From an uncultured Actinomycetota bacterium (GTDB lineage: Bacteria > Actinomycetota > Actinomycetes > JACCUZ01), in contig CAWCFV010000002.1 of assembly GCA_963794995.1 (NCBI GenBank), positions 3,021,556 to 3,085,555 on the forward strand: a stretch of 64,000 nucleotides of DNA. The letters are read 5' to 3'. Every line of letters starts with the position of its first letter. The stretch's first letter is position 1. Below are positions 55,944 to 63,917 of the stretch, in pieces. The notes below the pieces were generated by a model that did no database searches, was not told the DNA's origin, and worked only from the letters and a program-made list of their open reading frames with translations. Made by a program: the position numbers and the translations under genes.

Positions 55944-56600
55944 TCAGGCGGACCATCCCCAGAACGTCTCGCCCAGGTGGAGCATGAGGAACCACGCGCC
56001 GGCGGCGGCCGGCGGCACGGCCAGCACCCACCAGCTGCGGCGCCGGGACAGCCAGACCGCGGCGGCGACGAACGCGGCGTAGAGCGCGTACGCGCCGAAC
56101 AGGTCCGGTGCCGGCGCCACCAGGCCGGTCAGGAGGTAGAAGAACCCGATCGGCGCCAGGAGCAGGAACGCGAGGGCAGTGAGCACGCGGCGGGCCTGTG
56201 CCGGCCGGCCGGACGACGGGCTCGCCGAGCCCGGGCTCGGCACGACGGCGATGGCGAGGGCGCCGATCAGGGGGAGGGCTGCGAGCAGCCGTGGGGGCGA
56301 GAGGTAGCCGTCGAGGACGAGGAGCTCCAGGACGAGGACGACGGCCAGCGGGGGGGCCGAGAGCCGGGTGGAGCGGAGGGCGAGGGCCGCGGCGCCGACG
56401 GTGAGGAGGGCCACGGCACCGGCGATCACGGCACCGGTGGTGGCGGACTGGCCGGCAGGGAGGCCGTCGCCCGCCGCCGTGCGGACGCCCCGCACCACGA
56501 AGACGGCCGCGGCGAGCAGGGACAGACCGGCCTGAGTGGCGACGAAGGGCCGACGGCTCGTGTCCGGTGGTGGGGGAGTCGTCGTCGCGGGCGTGGTCAC
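55944..56600 (-). CDS. hypothetical multi-pass membrane protein
   Basis: About six hydrophobic helices; C-terminal FFYLLTGLVAPAP...LHLGETFWGWSA. Confidence 0.6.
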   Translation of the reverse strand: MTTPATTTPPPPDTSRRPFVATQAGLSLLAAAVFVVRGVRTAAGDGLPAGQSATTGAVIAGAVALLTVGAAALALRSTRLSAPPLAVVLVLELLVLDGYLSPPRLLAALPLIGALAIAVVPSPGSASPSSGRPAQARRVLTALAFLLLAPIGFFYLLTGLVAPAPDLFGAYALYAAFVAAAVWLSRRRSWWVLAVPPAAAGAWFLMLHLGETFWGWSA

Positions 56601-56670
56601 GCATCGAGCATGCTCCCCGGCCGCCAGGTCCGCATGAGTACGCCTGCTCACCCCCAGATAGCCTCGGCCG

Positions 56671-57459
56671 GTGCGTATCGCGAGGTTCACCACAGGCGAC
56701 GGAGCGGCGTTCGGCGTCGTCGAGGGCGACGACGCCGACGGCCTGGCCGTCCGCCGGATGGAGGGGCACCCCTTCGCGCCGTTCCAGCTCGTGGGCGAGC
56801 CGGTGCCCCTCACCGAGGTACGGCTGCTGGCCCCGGTGCTGCCGAGCAAGGTCGTGGCGGTCGGCCGGAACTACGCCGCCCACGCGCGCGAGATGGGCGG
56901 CACCACCGACCCGGCCACCGAGCCGCCGGTGGTGTTCCTCAAGCCGTCGACCTCGGTGGTCGGACCGGGCGACGCGATCCAGTACCCGGTGGGCGTCTCC
57001 GAGGAGGTGTCCTACGAGGGTGAGCTGGCCGTGGTGATCGCGCGGCTCTGCCGCGAGGTGCCCGTCGAGCGCGTGCGCGACGTGGTGCTGGGATTCACCT
57101 GCGCCAACGACGTGACCGCGCGCGACCTGCAGCGCACGGAGCAGCAGTGGGGGCGGGCCAAGGGGTTCGACACGTTCTGCCCGCTCGGCCCGTGGGTCAC
57201 GACCGACCTCGACCCGGGCGACCTCGCGCTCACGACGACCCTCAACGGCGACCTGAGGCAGTCCGGGCGGACGGCCCAGATGGTGCGCGGCGTCGACGAG
57301 CTCGTGTCGCACATCAGCATGGCGATGACGTTGCTCCCGGGCGACGTCATCCTCACCGGCACGCCGGCGGGGGTGGGCCCGCTCGCAGTCGGCGACGAGG
57401 TCTCCGTCAGCATCGAGCAGGTCGGCACCCTGACCAACCGGGTGGTGGCCCGTGGCTGA
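56671..57459 (+). CDS. fumarylacetoacetate hydrolase family protein
   Basis: PSKVVAVGRNY, FLKP, YEGELAVVI, ANDVTARDLQ, AKGFDTFCPLGP and PGDVILTGTPAGVG. Sits in its usual position before gltX. Confidence 0.92.
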   Translation: MRIARFTTGDGAAFGVVEGDDADGLAVRRMEGHPFAPFQLVGEPVPLTEVRLLAPVLPSKVVAVGRNYAAHAREMGGTTDPATEPPVVFLKPSTSVVGPGDAIQYPVGVSEEVSYEGELAVVIARLCREVPVERVRDVVLGFTCANDVTARDLQRTEQQWGRAKGFDTFCPLGPWVTTDLDPGDLALTTTLNGDLRQSGRTAQMVRGVDELVSHISMAMTLLPGDVILTGTPAGVGPLAVGDEVSVSIEQVGTLTNRVVARG

Positions 57460-58933
57460 CACCGGGTCCCGTCCGGTCCGGGTCCGCGTCGCGCCCTCGC
57501 CCACGGGTGACCCGCACGTCGGCACGGCGTACATGTCGTTGTTCAACCTCGCCTTCGCGCGGCAGCAGGGCGGGACGTTCCTGCTGCGGATCGAGGACAC
57601 CGACCGCGCTCGCTACGTCGAGTCCAGCGAGCAGCAGATCTACGACACTCTCCGCTGGCTCGGGCTCGACTGGGACGAGGGCCCGGACAAGGGCGGCCCG
57701 TACGCGCCGTACCGGCAGAGTGAGCGGTCCGCCACCTACACGCAGCACGTCGACCGGCTGCTCGCCGACGGCAAGGCGTACCACTGCTGGTGCTCCACCG
57801 ATCGGCTCGCGCAGATGCGGGAGGCGCAGCAGAAGGCCAAGCTGCCCACCGGCTACGACCGGCTCTGCGTCGGGAAGACCCGCGACGAGCGCGCACAGCT
57901 CGACGGGTTCAGCGACGCACCGGTCGTGCGGATGCTGGTCCCCGACGACGCGCCGCTGGTCTTCGACGACGTCATCCGCGGCGAGGTGAAGGCTCCGCGT
58001 CCCGACGACCAGGTCATCGTCAAGGCCGACGGGTTCCCGACGTACCACCTGGCCAACGTCGTCGACGACCACGAGATGGGCATCACCCACGTGGTGCGCG
58101 GCGAGGAGTGGATCTCGTCGACCCCCAAGCACGTGCTGCTCTACGACTGGCTCGGCTGGGAGCGCCCGGCCTTCGCGCACATGCCGCTGCTGCGCAACAC
58201 GGACAAGTCGAAGATCTCCAAGCGCAAGAACCCCGCCGCGCGGCTGCTGTGGTTCCAGGAGCAGGGCTACCTGCCCGAGGCGCTGCGCAACTTCCTCGCG
58301 CTGATGGGCTACTCGCAGCCCGACGGCGAGGAGATCTTCACCTTCGACGACATGGTGCGCGACTTCGACTGGGCCCGGGTCAACACCGTCGGACCGGTCT
58401 TCGACCTCGACAAGCTCAGCTGGCTCAACGGGCACTACGTGCGCGAGCTCTCGGTGCCCGACCTGGCCGGCCGGATCGTCGAGCACCTGGTCCGGGCCGG
58501 CGTGCTGCCGCCGGAGCCGACGACCGACCAGCTCGCCCTGGTCGAGGCCGCGACGCCGCTGGTCAACGAGCGGATGCAGGTGCTCTCCGAGGCCGAGTCG
58601 ATGCTCGGGTTCCTGCTGGTCGCCGACGCCGACTTCCGCGTCGACCAGGACGACGCCACGAAGATGCTCGGACCGGACGCCCGGCCGGCACTCGAGGCTG
58701 CCGTCGCGGCCATGACCGACCTGTCGTCATGGGCGCACGAGGACATCCAGGCGGCGCTGCGTGCTGCCCTGGTCGAGGGGCTCGGGCTCAAGCCGAAGGT
58801 CGCCTTCGGCGCCGTGCGGGTCGCCGTCACCGGCCGTCGGGTGTCGCCTCCCCTGTTCGAGTCGATGGAGCTGCTGGGCCGGGACCGTTCGCTGGACCGG
58901 CTGCGCGCCGCTCTCGCGCTCGCCGACGAGTAG
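57452..58933 (+). CDS. gltX: glutamate--tRNA ligase
   Basis: PSPTG.PHVG (HIGH motif), RIEDTD, YRQSER, GITHVVRGEEW, KISKR (KMSKS motif) and SPPLFES. Confidence 0.96.
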   Translation: MADTGSRPVRVRVAPSPTGDPHVGTAYMSLFNLAFARQQGGTFLLRIEDTDRARYVESSEQQIYDTLRWLGLDWDEGPDKGGPYAPYRQSERSATYTQHVDRLLADGKAYHCWCSTDRLAQMREAQQKAKLPTGYDRLCVGKTRDERAQLDGFSDAPVVRMLVPDDAPLVFDDVIRGEVKAPRPDDQVIVKADGFPTYHLANVVDDHEMGITHVVRGEEWISSTPKHVLLYDWLGWERPAFAHMPLLRNTDKSKISKRKNPAARLLWFQEQGYLPEALRNFLALMGYSQPDGEEIFTFDDMVRDFDWARVNTVGPVFDLDKLSWLNGHYVRELSVPDLAGRIVEHLVRAGVLPPEPTTDQLALVEAATPLVNERMQVLSEAESMLGFLLVADADFRVDQDDATKMLGPDARPALEAAVAAMTDLSSWAHEDIQAALRAALVEGLGLKPKVAFGAVRVAVTGRRVSPPLFESMELLGRDRSLDRLRAALALADE

Positions 58934-58945
58934 GCCATCCCCGCC

Positions 58946-59941
58946 ATGGCGACCCCTCGTGCGGAGGCCGGTGACCCGCACCCGCTCCTGCTCCGTGCGC
59001 CCCGGCCCCCCTGGTGGCGACCGGTGCTCGGGCTGCTGCTCGCCACCGCGACCGTGGTCGTCCTGTCGGTCGCGGTGGTGCTCGTCGCGAGCCTGCTCGT
59101 GGGAACCGGCCCGGGGGAGGCGGGGACGGACGACCCCCTCGACCCGGGCACCTGGCAGGGCCTGCTCGCCAACAACCTGGTGATCCTCACGATCGTGCCG
59201 GCGGCCGTGCTGGCGGTCCTCGTCGTGCACCGGCAGCGGGCGGGCTGGCTCGCCTCGGTCACCGGCCGCCCGCGCTGGGGACTGCTGGGCCGCTTCTTCC
59301 TCGTCGCGGCGGTCGTGGTGGTCGCGAGCTACGGGCTGTCCTTCCTGCTGCCCACCTCGACCTCTCTGGAGGGCACCGCGCCGTCGACCGGTGCGCTGCT
59401 GGCGACCCTGCTGGTGATCCTGCTCACGACGCCGTTGCAGTCCATGGCCGAGGAGGTCGGCTTCCGCGGCTACCTCACCCAGGCGGTCGCGTCGTGGGGG
59501 CGCCGTCCGGCGCCGGCGACCGCGGCCGGTGTCGCGGTCAGCGCGACGCTCTTCGCGCTGGCGCACGGCGCCCAGGACGCCGCCTTGTTCGCCGACCGGT
59601 TCGCGTTCGGCCTGGTGGCGTCGTGGCTGGCCTGGCGCACCGGCGGCCTCGAGGCGCCGGTGGCGCTGCACGCCGCCAACAACCTGGTCAGCCTCGGCAG
59701 CGGGGCGTTCGCCGGGACGCTGTCTGAGTCGCTGTCCCTCTCGACGGTGGAGTGGCAGTTCGCGTTGCTGGACGTGGTGTCGATGCTCGTGTTCGCCGTC
59801 GTCGTGGCGCGGCTGACCGATCGTTGGGCGCCGGACCGGCTGCGGGTTTTGTCCCCCGCGCAGGCGGTCGGGTATCGTGGCCCGGGCCCGTCCACCCCGT
59901 CGCCAGCGGGGGACGATGCACGCCCTTGGGGTATGGGGTAA
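58946..59941 (+). CDS. CPBP/Abi family intramembrane metalloprotease
   Basis: QSMAEEVGFRGYL, LFALAH, GGLEAPVALHAANN and multiple TMs. The stop lies inside the tRNA-Gln gene. Confidence 0.82.
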   Translation: MATPRAEAGDPHPLLLRAPRPPWWRPVLGLLLATATVVVLSVAVVLVASLLVGTGPGEAGTDDPLDPGTWQGLLANNLVILTIVPAAVLAVLVVHRQRAGWLASVTGRPRWGLLGRFFLVAAVVVVASYGLSFLLPTSTSLEGTAPSTGALLATLLVILLTTPLQSMAEEVGFRGYLTQAVASWGRRPAPATAAGVAVSATLFALAHGAQDAALFADRFAFGLVASWLAWRTGGLEAPVALHAANNLVSLGSGAFAGTLSESLSLSTVEWQFALLDVVSMLVFAVVVARLTDRWAPDRLRVLSPAQAVGYRGPGPSTPSPAGDDARPWGMG

Positions 59942-59998
59942 TTGGCAGCCCGACTGATTCTGGTTCAGTTAGTCTTGGTTCGAGTCCAGGTACCCCAG
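59927..59998 (+). tRNA. tRNA-Gln (CTG)
   Basis: Acceptor stem TGGGGTA/TACCCCA, anticodon arm ACTGA-TTCTGGT-TCAGT, and T-loop GGTTCGAGTCC. Confidence 0.93.
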
Positions 59999-60078
59999 CA
60001 AGGCAGGCCGGCACGCTCGCCGGTGTAGAGTTCCTGCTCGCGCGCGCAGCCGGCGAAGGCTGCAGGCGCACCCATCGT

Positions 60079-60154
60079 GGCCCCGTTGTGTAGCGGCCTA
60101 GCACGCCGCCCTCTCAAGGCGGTAGCGCGGGTTCGAATCCCGTCGGGGCTACCA
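60079..60154 (+). tRNA. tRNA-Glu (CTC), CCA encoded
   Basis: Acceptor stem GGCCCCG/CGGGGCT, anticodon arm CCGCC-CTCTCAA-GGCGG, GGTTCGAATCC, and a 3' ACCA. Confidence 0.95.
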
Positions 60155-60155
60155 C

Positions 60156-60188
60156 CCAAAGGCCCAGGTCAGCGACCTGGGCCTTTGG
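60156..60188 (+). terminator. perfect 15-bp hairpin immediately 3' of tRNA-Glu
   Basis: CCAAAGGCCCAGGTC-AGC-GACCTGGGCCTTTGG. Confidence 0.8.
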
Positions 60189-60331
60189 CATTCCGGACAC
60201 CGCCGCAGATCGGCGGGCCGGGACCGGCCCGCGCGACGGCGAGGGCGAGTAGCGTGGGTGACGTTCACAGCGCTGGCCCCGGACCCGGTTACGTGGCGAC
60301 ATGCCGATGGCGGGTCGAGGACGGGATTCCC

Positions 60332-61165
60332 ATGCTGGACAGGACGAGACCGGATGCGTCCGCGGCGTCGACGCACGCCGTCCGAGCGGACGGTCGGTGG
60401 CGCCGGGCGACCAAGGCACTGCTCTCCGGACGAGCCGGCCCTGACTCGGTGGTCCGGGCGGATCTGGTGCTGCGGCTGACCGGCGAGCTGGACATCTCCA
60501 CCGCCCCGGGTGTCGACCGGCAGCTCCGCGAGTACGCCCAGGTCCGCGGCGACTCGGTGGTGATCGTGGACCTCGCCGGCGTGACGTTCATCGACAGCTG
60601 CGGGCTGGACTCCCTGGTGAGGGCGCACCACGACCTGGCCGCGCACGACCGGCTGCTGTCGCTGCAGTCGGTGCCCCGCCCGGCACAGCGCTTGTTCGAG
60701 CTGCTGCGCCACTGCGGCTACTCCCCGCTGCTCGAGCAGGCGCTCGCGTCGATGCCCGCCGGCGCCGACACCGACGACACCGATGGCACCGACGACACCG
60801 ACGACACCGACGACCCGAGCGCCCGGCCGGGCGGGCAGGGCACCGACAGGCGGCTGCTGTCGGCGACGGTCACGAGGCTGCACGGGGCCGTCCACCGGCG
60901 CGCTGCACTCGACCAGGCCAAGGGACTGCTCATGGGCGTGCACGGGTGCAACGCCGCCCAGGCGGAGGCTCTGCTCGAGCAGATCGCCGCGCGCCACATG
61001 GTCACGCTCGACGATCTCGCCGACTGCCTCGGAGCGCTCGCCACCACCGGCCGTGGCGGCGATGCGTCAGCGACGTACGAGCCGGCGGTCGCGGCGGCCG
61101 CCCGGGCGGCCTGGGGCGAGCAGCGCGTGGCCGCGCCGGTGCCGAGACAACGCGGGACCCAGTGA
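60332..61165 (+). CDS. STAS (anti-sigma antagonist) - acidic linker - ANTAR fusion protein
   Basis: LRLTGELDISTAP...VIVDLAGVTFIDSCG (STAS with the phospho-acceptor Ser), a DTDDTDGTDDTDDTDD linker, then RAALDQAKGLLMGVHGCNAAQAEALL (ANTAR). Confidence 0.78.
   Translation: MLDRTRPDASAASTHAVRADGRWRRATKALLSGRAGPDSVVRADLVLRLTGELDISTAPGVDRQLREYAQVRGDSVVIVDLAGVTFIDSCGLDSLVRAHHDLAAHDRLLSLQSVPRPAQRLFELLRHCGYSPLLEQALASMPAGADTDDTDGTDDTDDTDDPSARPGGQGTDRRLLSATVTRLHGAVHRRAALDQAKGLLMGVHGCNAAQAEALLEQIAARHMVTLDDLADCLGALATTGRGGDASATYEPAVAAAARAAWGEQRVAAPVPRQRGTQ
60767..60814. repeat. 9-bp in-frame tandem repeat (GACACCGAC-like x5) encoding the acidic linker
   Basis: Units start at 60767, 60776, 60785, 60794 and 60803. 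Confidence 0.8.
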
Positions 61166-61201
61166 CTGCATGACCCGGCGAGGCGTCGGGCCCCCGCCAG
61201 G

Positions 61202-61933
61202 ATGACCAAGGCGTCCGGACGTCCCGCCCAGATCCTGGCTGCGCTGTCCGCCGAGTCGCTCGGTCCGAGCCCGGCCGACCTGCTCGGAGCGCTGGTGGCC
61301 ATGTGCGCCGCCGGCGTCCCGGTGACGGGTGCCGGCATCATCGTGATGACCGACTCGGGCCCGGGGGCGATGCTGGCCAGCACCGACGGGCCGGCGCGGA
61401 CCATGGAGGACCTTCAGTTCACGCTCGGGGAGGGCCCGTGCGTGGACGCGTCCCGCACCGGGCGGCCGGTGCTGCAGCCCGCTCTGGCCAGCACGGCGCC
61501 GGGGCGGTGGCCGGGCTTCGCCGCCGGTGCGCTCGAGGCCGGGGTCCGGGCGGTCTTCGCGTTCCCGCTGCAGATCGGCGGCATCCGGGTGGGGGTGCTC
61601 GACCTGTACCGCGACGTCGAGGGCGCGCTGGACAGGGGCGAGCTCGCCGAGGCGCTCGCCTACGCCGATGCCGCCACCTCGCTGGTGCTCCAGCTTCAGG
61701 CACCACCCGGCGGCGACGGCGACGTGGCGGACCTGGCGGCGCTGGTCGAGGACCGGGCCGAGGTGCACCAGGCGACCGGGATGATCTCGGTGCAGGCGGC
61801 ACTGGGGCTCGCCGAGGCGCTCGTCCTGCTCAGGGCGCACGCCTTTGCGATGGAGCGCCCGATTCGTGACGTGGCGCGGGACGTGGTGGCTCGGACCCTG
61901 CGCTTCGCCCCCGAGGACGATCATCCTGAGTAG
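61202..61933 (+). CDS. GAF + ANTAR domain protein
   Basis: VTGAGIIVM, LQFTLGEGPCVDA, VRAVFAFPLQIG..RVGVLDLY (GAF), and RAEVHQATGMISVQ...ALVLLRAHAF (ANTAR-like). Confidence 0.85.
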   Translation: MTKASGRPAQILAALSAESLGPSPADLLGALVAMCAAGVPVTGAGIIVMTDSGPGAMLASTDGPARTMEDLQFTLGEGPCVDASRTGRPVLQPALASTAPGRWPGFAAGALEAGVRAVFAFPLQIGGIRVGVLDLYRDVEGALDRGELAEALAYADAATSLVLQLQAPPGGDGDVADLAALVEDRAEVHQATGMISVQAALGLAEALVLLRAHAFAMERPIRDVARDVVARTLRFAPEDDHPE

Positions 61934-61975
61934 GCTCGCAGGAGCCTCGCCGGCACGGGAGAGGAGGGTCCGGCG

Positions 61976-62698
61976 ATGAGCCGTGACAAGCGCCTCGCGC
62001 GCGTCTTCGTGGAACTCGCGGACACCCTGGTGGCCCCGTTCGACGTCATCGACTTCCTCCAGACGCTCGTCGACCGGTGCGTCGAGCTGCTGTCGGCCGA
62101 CGCAGCCGGACTCATGCTGGCCGACCAGCGGGGCCAGCTCCGGGTGGTGGCCTCGTCGGCCGAGTCCGCGCGGGTGGTGGAGATCTTCGAGCTGCAGAGC
62201 TTCGAGGGGCCCTGCCTGGACTGCTACCGGAGCGGGCAGCAGGTCGTGAACCTCGACGCCGAGCAGATGCGCGCCCGCTGGCCGAACTTCTCCGCCGAGG
62301 CGGCCAAGCTGGGGTTCCGCTCCGTGCACGCCCTGCCGATGCGGTTGCGTCACGAGGTCATCGGCGCGGTCAACCTGTTCTCCGTGGCCGGGTCCGTGCT
62401 CGACGACGACGAGGTCGCCGTCGGCCAGGCGATGGCGGACGTGGCGACCATCGGGCTCTTCCAGGAGCGGGCGGTCCGCGAGGGGCACGTCCTCGCCGAG
62501 CAGCTCCAGACCGCGCTCAACAGCCGCATCCTCATCGAACAGGCCAAGGGCGTGCTGGCCGAGCGCTCCGAGATCTCGGTCGACGAGGCGTTCGTCCTCA
62601 TGCGTTCCTACGCCCGCCAGCACGGCCGGACGCTGACCGCGGTGGCGAACGCGGTCATCGACCGCTCGCTGGCGTCCACGGAGCTCCGGCCACGCTGA
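61976..62698 (+). CDS. GAF + ANTAR domain protein
   Basis: DAAGLMLAD, ELQSFEGPCLDCY, SVHALPMRLRHEVIGAVNLF (GAF), and LQTALNSRILIEQAKGVLAER...EAFVLMRSYAR (canonical ANTAR). Confidence 0.9.
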   Translation: MSRDKRLARVFVELADTLVAPFDVIDFLQTLVDRCVELLSADAAGLMLADQRGQLRVVASSAESARVVEIFELQSFEGPCLDCYRSGQQVVNLDAEQMRARWPNFSAEAAKLGFRSVHALPMRLRHEVIGAVNLFSVAGSVLDDDEVAVGQAMADVATIGLFQERAVREGHVLAEQLQTALNSRILIEQAKGVLAERSEISVDEAFVLMRSYARQHGRTLTAVANAVIDRSLASTELRPR

Positions 62699-62745
62699 CC
62701 GCCCGGCCGGTGGGGCTAGCGTGGAGGCCCGAAGGGGGTTCTGCG

Positions 62746-63006
62746 ATGAACGTGCGGGACGAGGTCGAGATCGAGGTGCTGCGGGCGGTCGAGCGCGAGT
62801 CCTGCGTGCATGTCGCCGGTATCGCGCTGGCCTACCCCGGGGTCGAGCCGCCCGACGTCGCGCGCACGGTGGAGCGGCTCGTCGCCCTGGACGAGATCGC
62901 CGGAGGCGCGCGCACGACACGTGACGGCGGCGTGCACGACCTGTCCCTCACCGAGCGTGGCGAGGCACGGCTCGCGGCCACCCGGCCCGACGGGGACCCG
63001 CACTGA
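62746..63006 (+). CDS. 86-aa hypothetical protein, possible winged-helix fold
   Basis: A three-helix pattern, then a wing and LSLTERGEARL (MarR/PadR-like LTxxG ending). Confidence 0.5.
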   Translation: MNVRDEVEIEVLRAVERESCVHVAGIALAYPGVEPPDVARTVERLVALDEIAGGARTTRDGGVHDLSLTERGEARLAATRPDGDPH

Positions 63007-63035
63007 CCGGGCTCGGTCTCGGGGCCAGGTCCGCG

Positions 63036-63917
63036 GTGGCCCTCATCGTCGCGGGGGTTGCCCTGCTCGGTCTGGGTGTGGGCCTGGTCCTCGACCCCGG
63101 CCGGGCCACTACCTCGACCACACCCGCGACGGACCTCGGCGGGCGAGCGCTGACGGTGGTCGCGGTCGGGGACATCGCGCGGGAGGCGGCCGACGGCGCG
63201 GGCACCGCGGCGCTGGTCCGCGACGTCGACCCGGACTACCTGCTCGTGCTCGGCGACGCCGCCTACGACCAGGGCAGCACCGCCGACTACGCCCGCGCGT
63301 ACGACCCCTGGTGGGGCGACCTGCGCCCGATCACCCGCCCGGTGCCCGGGAACCACGACTACCGGTCCCGGGACGCCGCCGGCTACTTCGGCTACTTCGC
63401 CGACCAGGTCCACGGTCGGCCGTACTACGCGTGGTCCGCGGCCGGCTGGCGCTTCTACGCGCTCAACTGCGAGATCGCGTGCGGACAGGGCTCCGCGCAG
63501 CTGGCCTGGCTGCGCGCCGACCTCGCCAGGCACCCGGGCACCCCGGCCGTCGGCTACCTGCACCGACCGCGGTTCACCTGCTCCAGCGGCCACCCGGCGG
63601 ACCCCCAGGTCACCGGCATCTGGCGCGCCCTGCAGCGCCGCGACGGCCGGCTCGTGCTCGCCGGCCACAACCACGGCTACGAGCGGTTCACCCGGCTCGA
63701 TGCCGCGGGAGCGCGGGACGGGCAGGGTCTGCGGCAGTTCGTCGTGGGGACCGGCGGCGCCGAGGAGTACCCCCTGACCGGACCCTGCCCGCGTCGCCAG
63801 GCAGCCGCCGACGGCGTCGACGGCGTCCTGGTGCTGCGGCTGCGCGCGCACTCGTACAGCTGGCGGTTCGTCGCCGTCGACGGCACGGTGCTGGACCGGG
63901 GTCGCACCCGGGTCTAG
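63036..63917 (+). CDS. secreted calcineurin-like metallophosphoesterase
   Basis: N-terminal hydrophobic signal, AVGDIA, VLGDAAYDQG, PVPGNHDY, LHRP, LAGHNHGYERF and FVVGTGG. Confidence 0.88.
   Translation: MALIVAGVALLGLGVGLVLDPGRATTSTTPATDLGGRALTVVAVGDIAREAADGAGTAALVRDVDPDYLLVLGDAAYDQGSTADYARAYDPWWGDLRPITRPVPGNHDYRSRDAAGYFGYFADQVHGRPYYAWSAAGWRFYALNCEIACGQGSAQLAWLRADLARHPGTPAVGYLHRPRFTCSSGHPADPQVTGIWRALQRRDGRLVLAGHNHGYERFTRLDAAGARDGQGLRQFVVGTGGAEEYPLTGPCPRRQAAADGVDGVLVLRLRAHSYSWRFVAVDGTVLDRGRTRV

Noticed and set aside
59999-60078. Extra ncRNA between the two tRNAs
   Set aside because: It contains only a short hairpin and a TAGAGT -10-like hexamer, consistent with a tRNA-Glu promoter or spacer.
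60189-60331. ANTAR target dual-hairpin RNA upstream of the STAS-ANTAR gene
   Set aside because: The one clear hexaloop hairpin (CCGC-AGATCG-GCGG) lacks the conserved G at loop position 4, and no matching second hairpin was found. A covariance-model search is needed.
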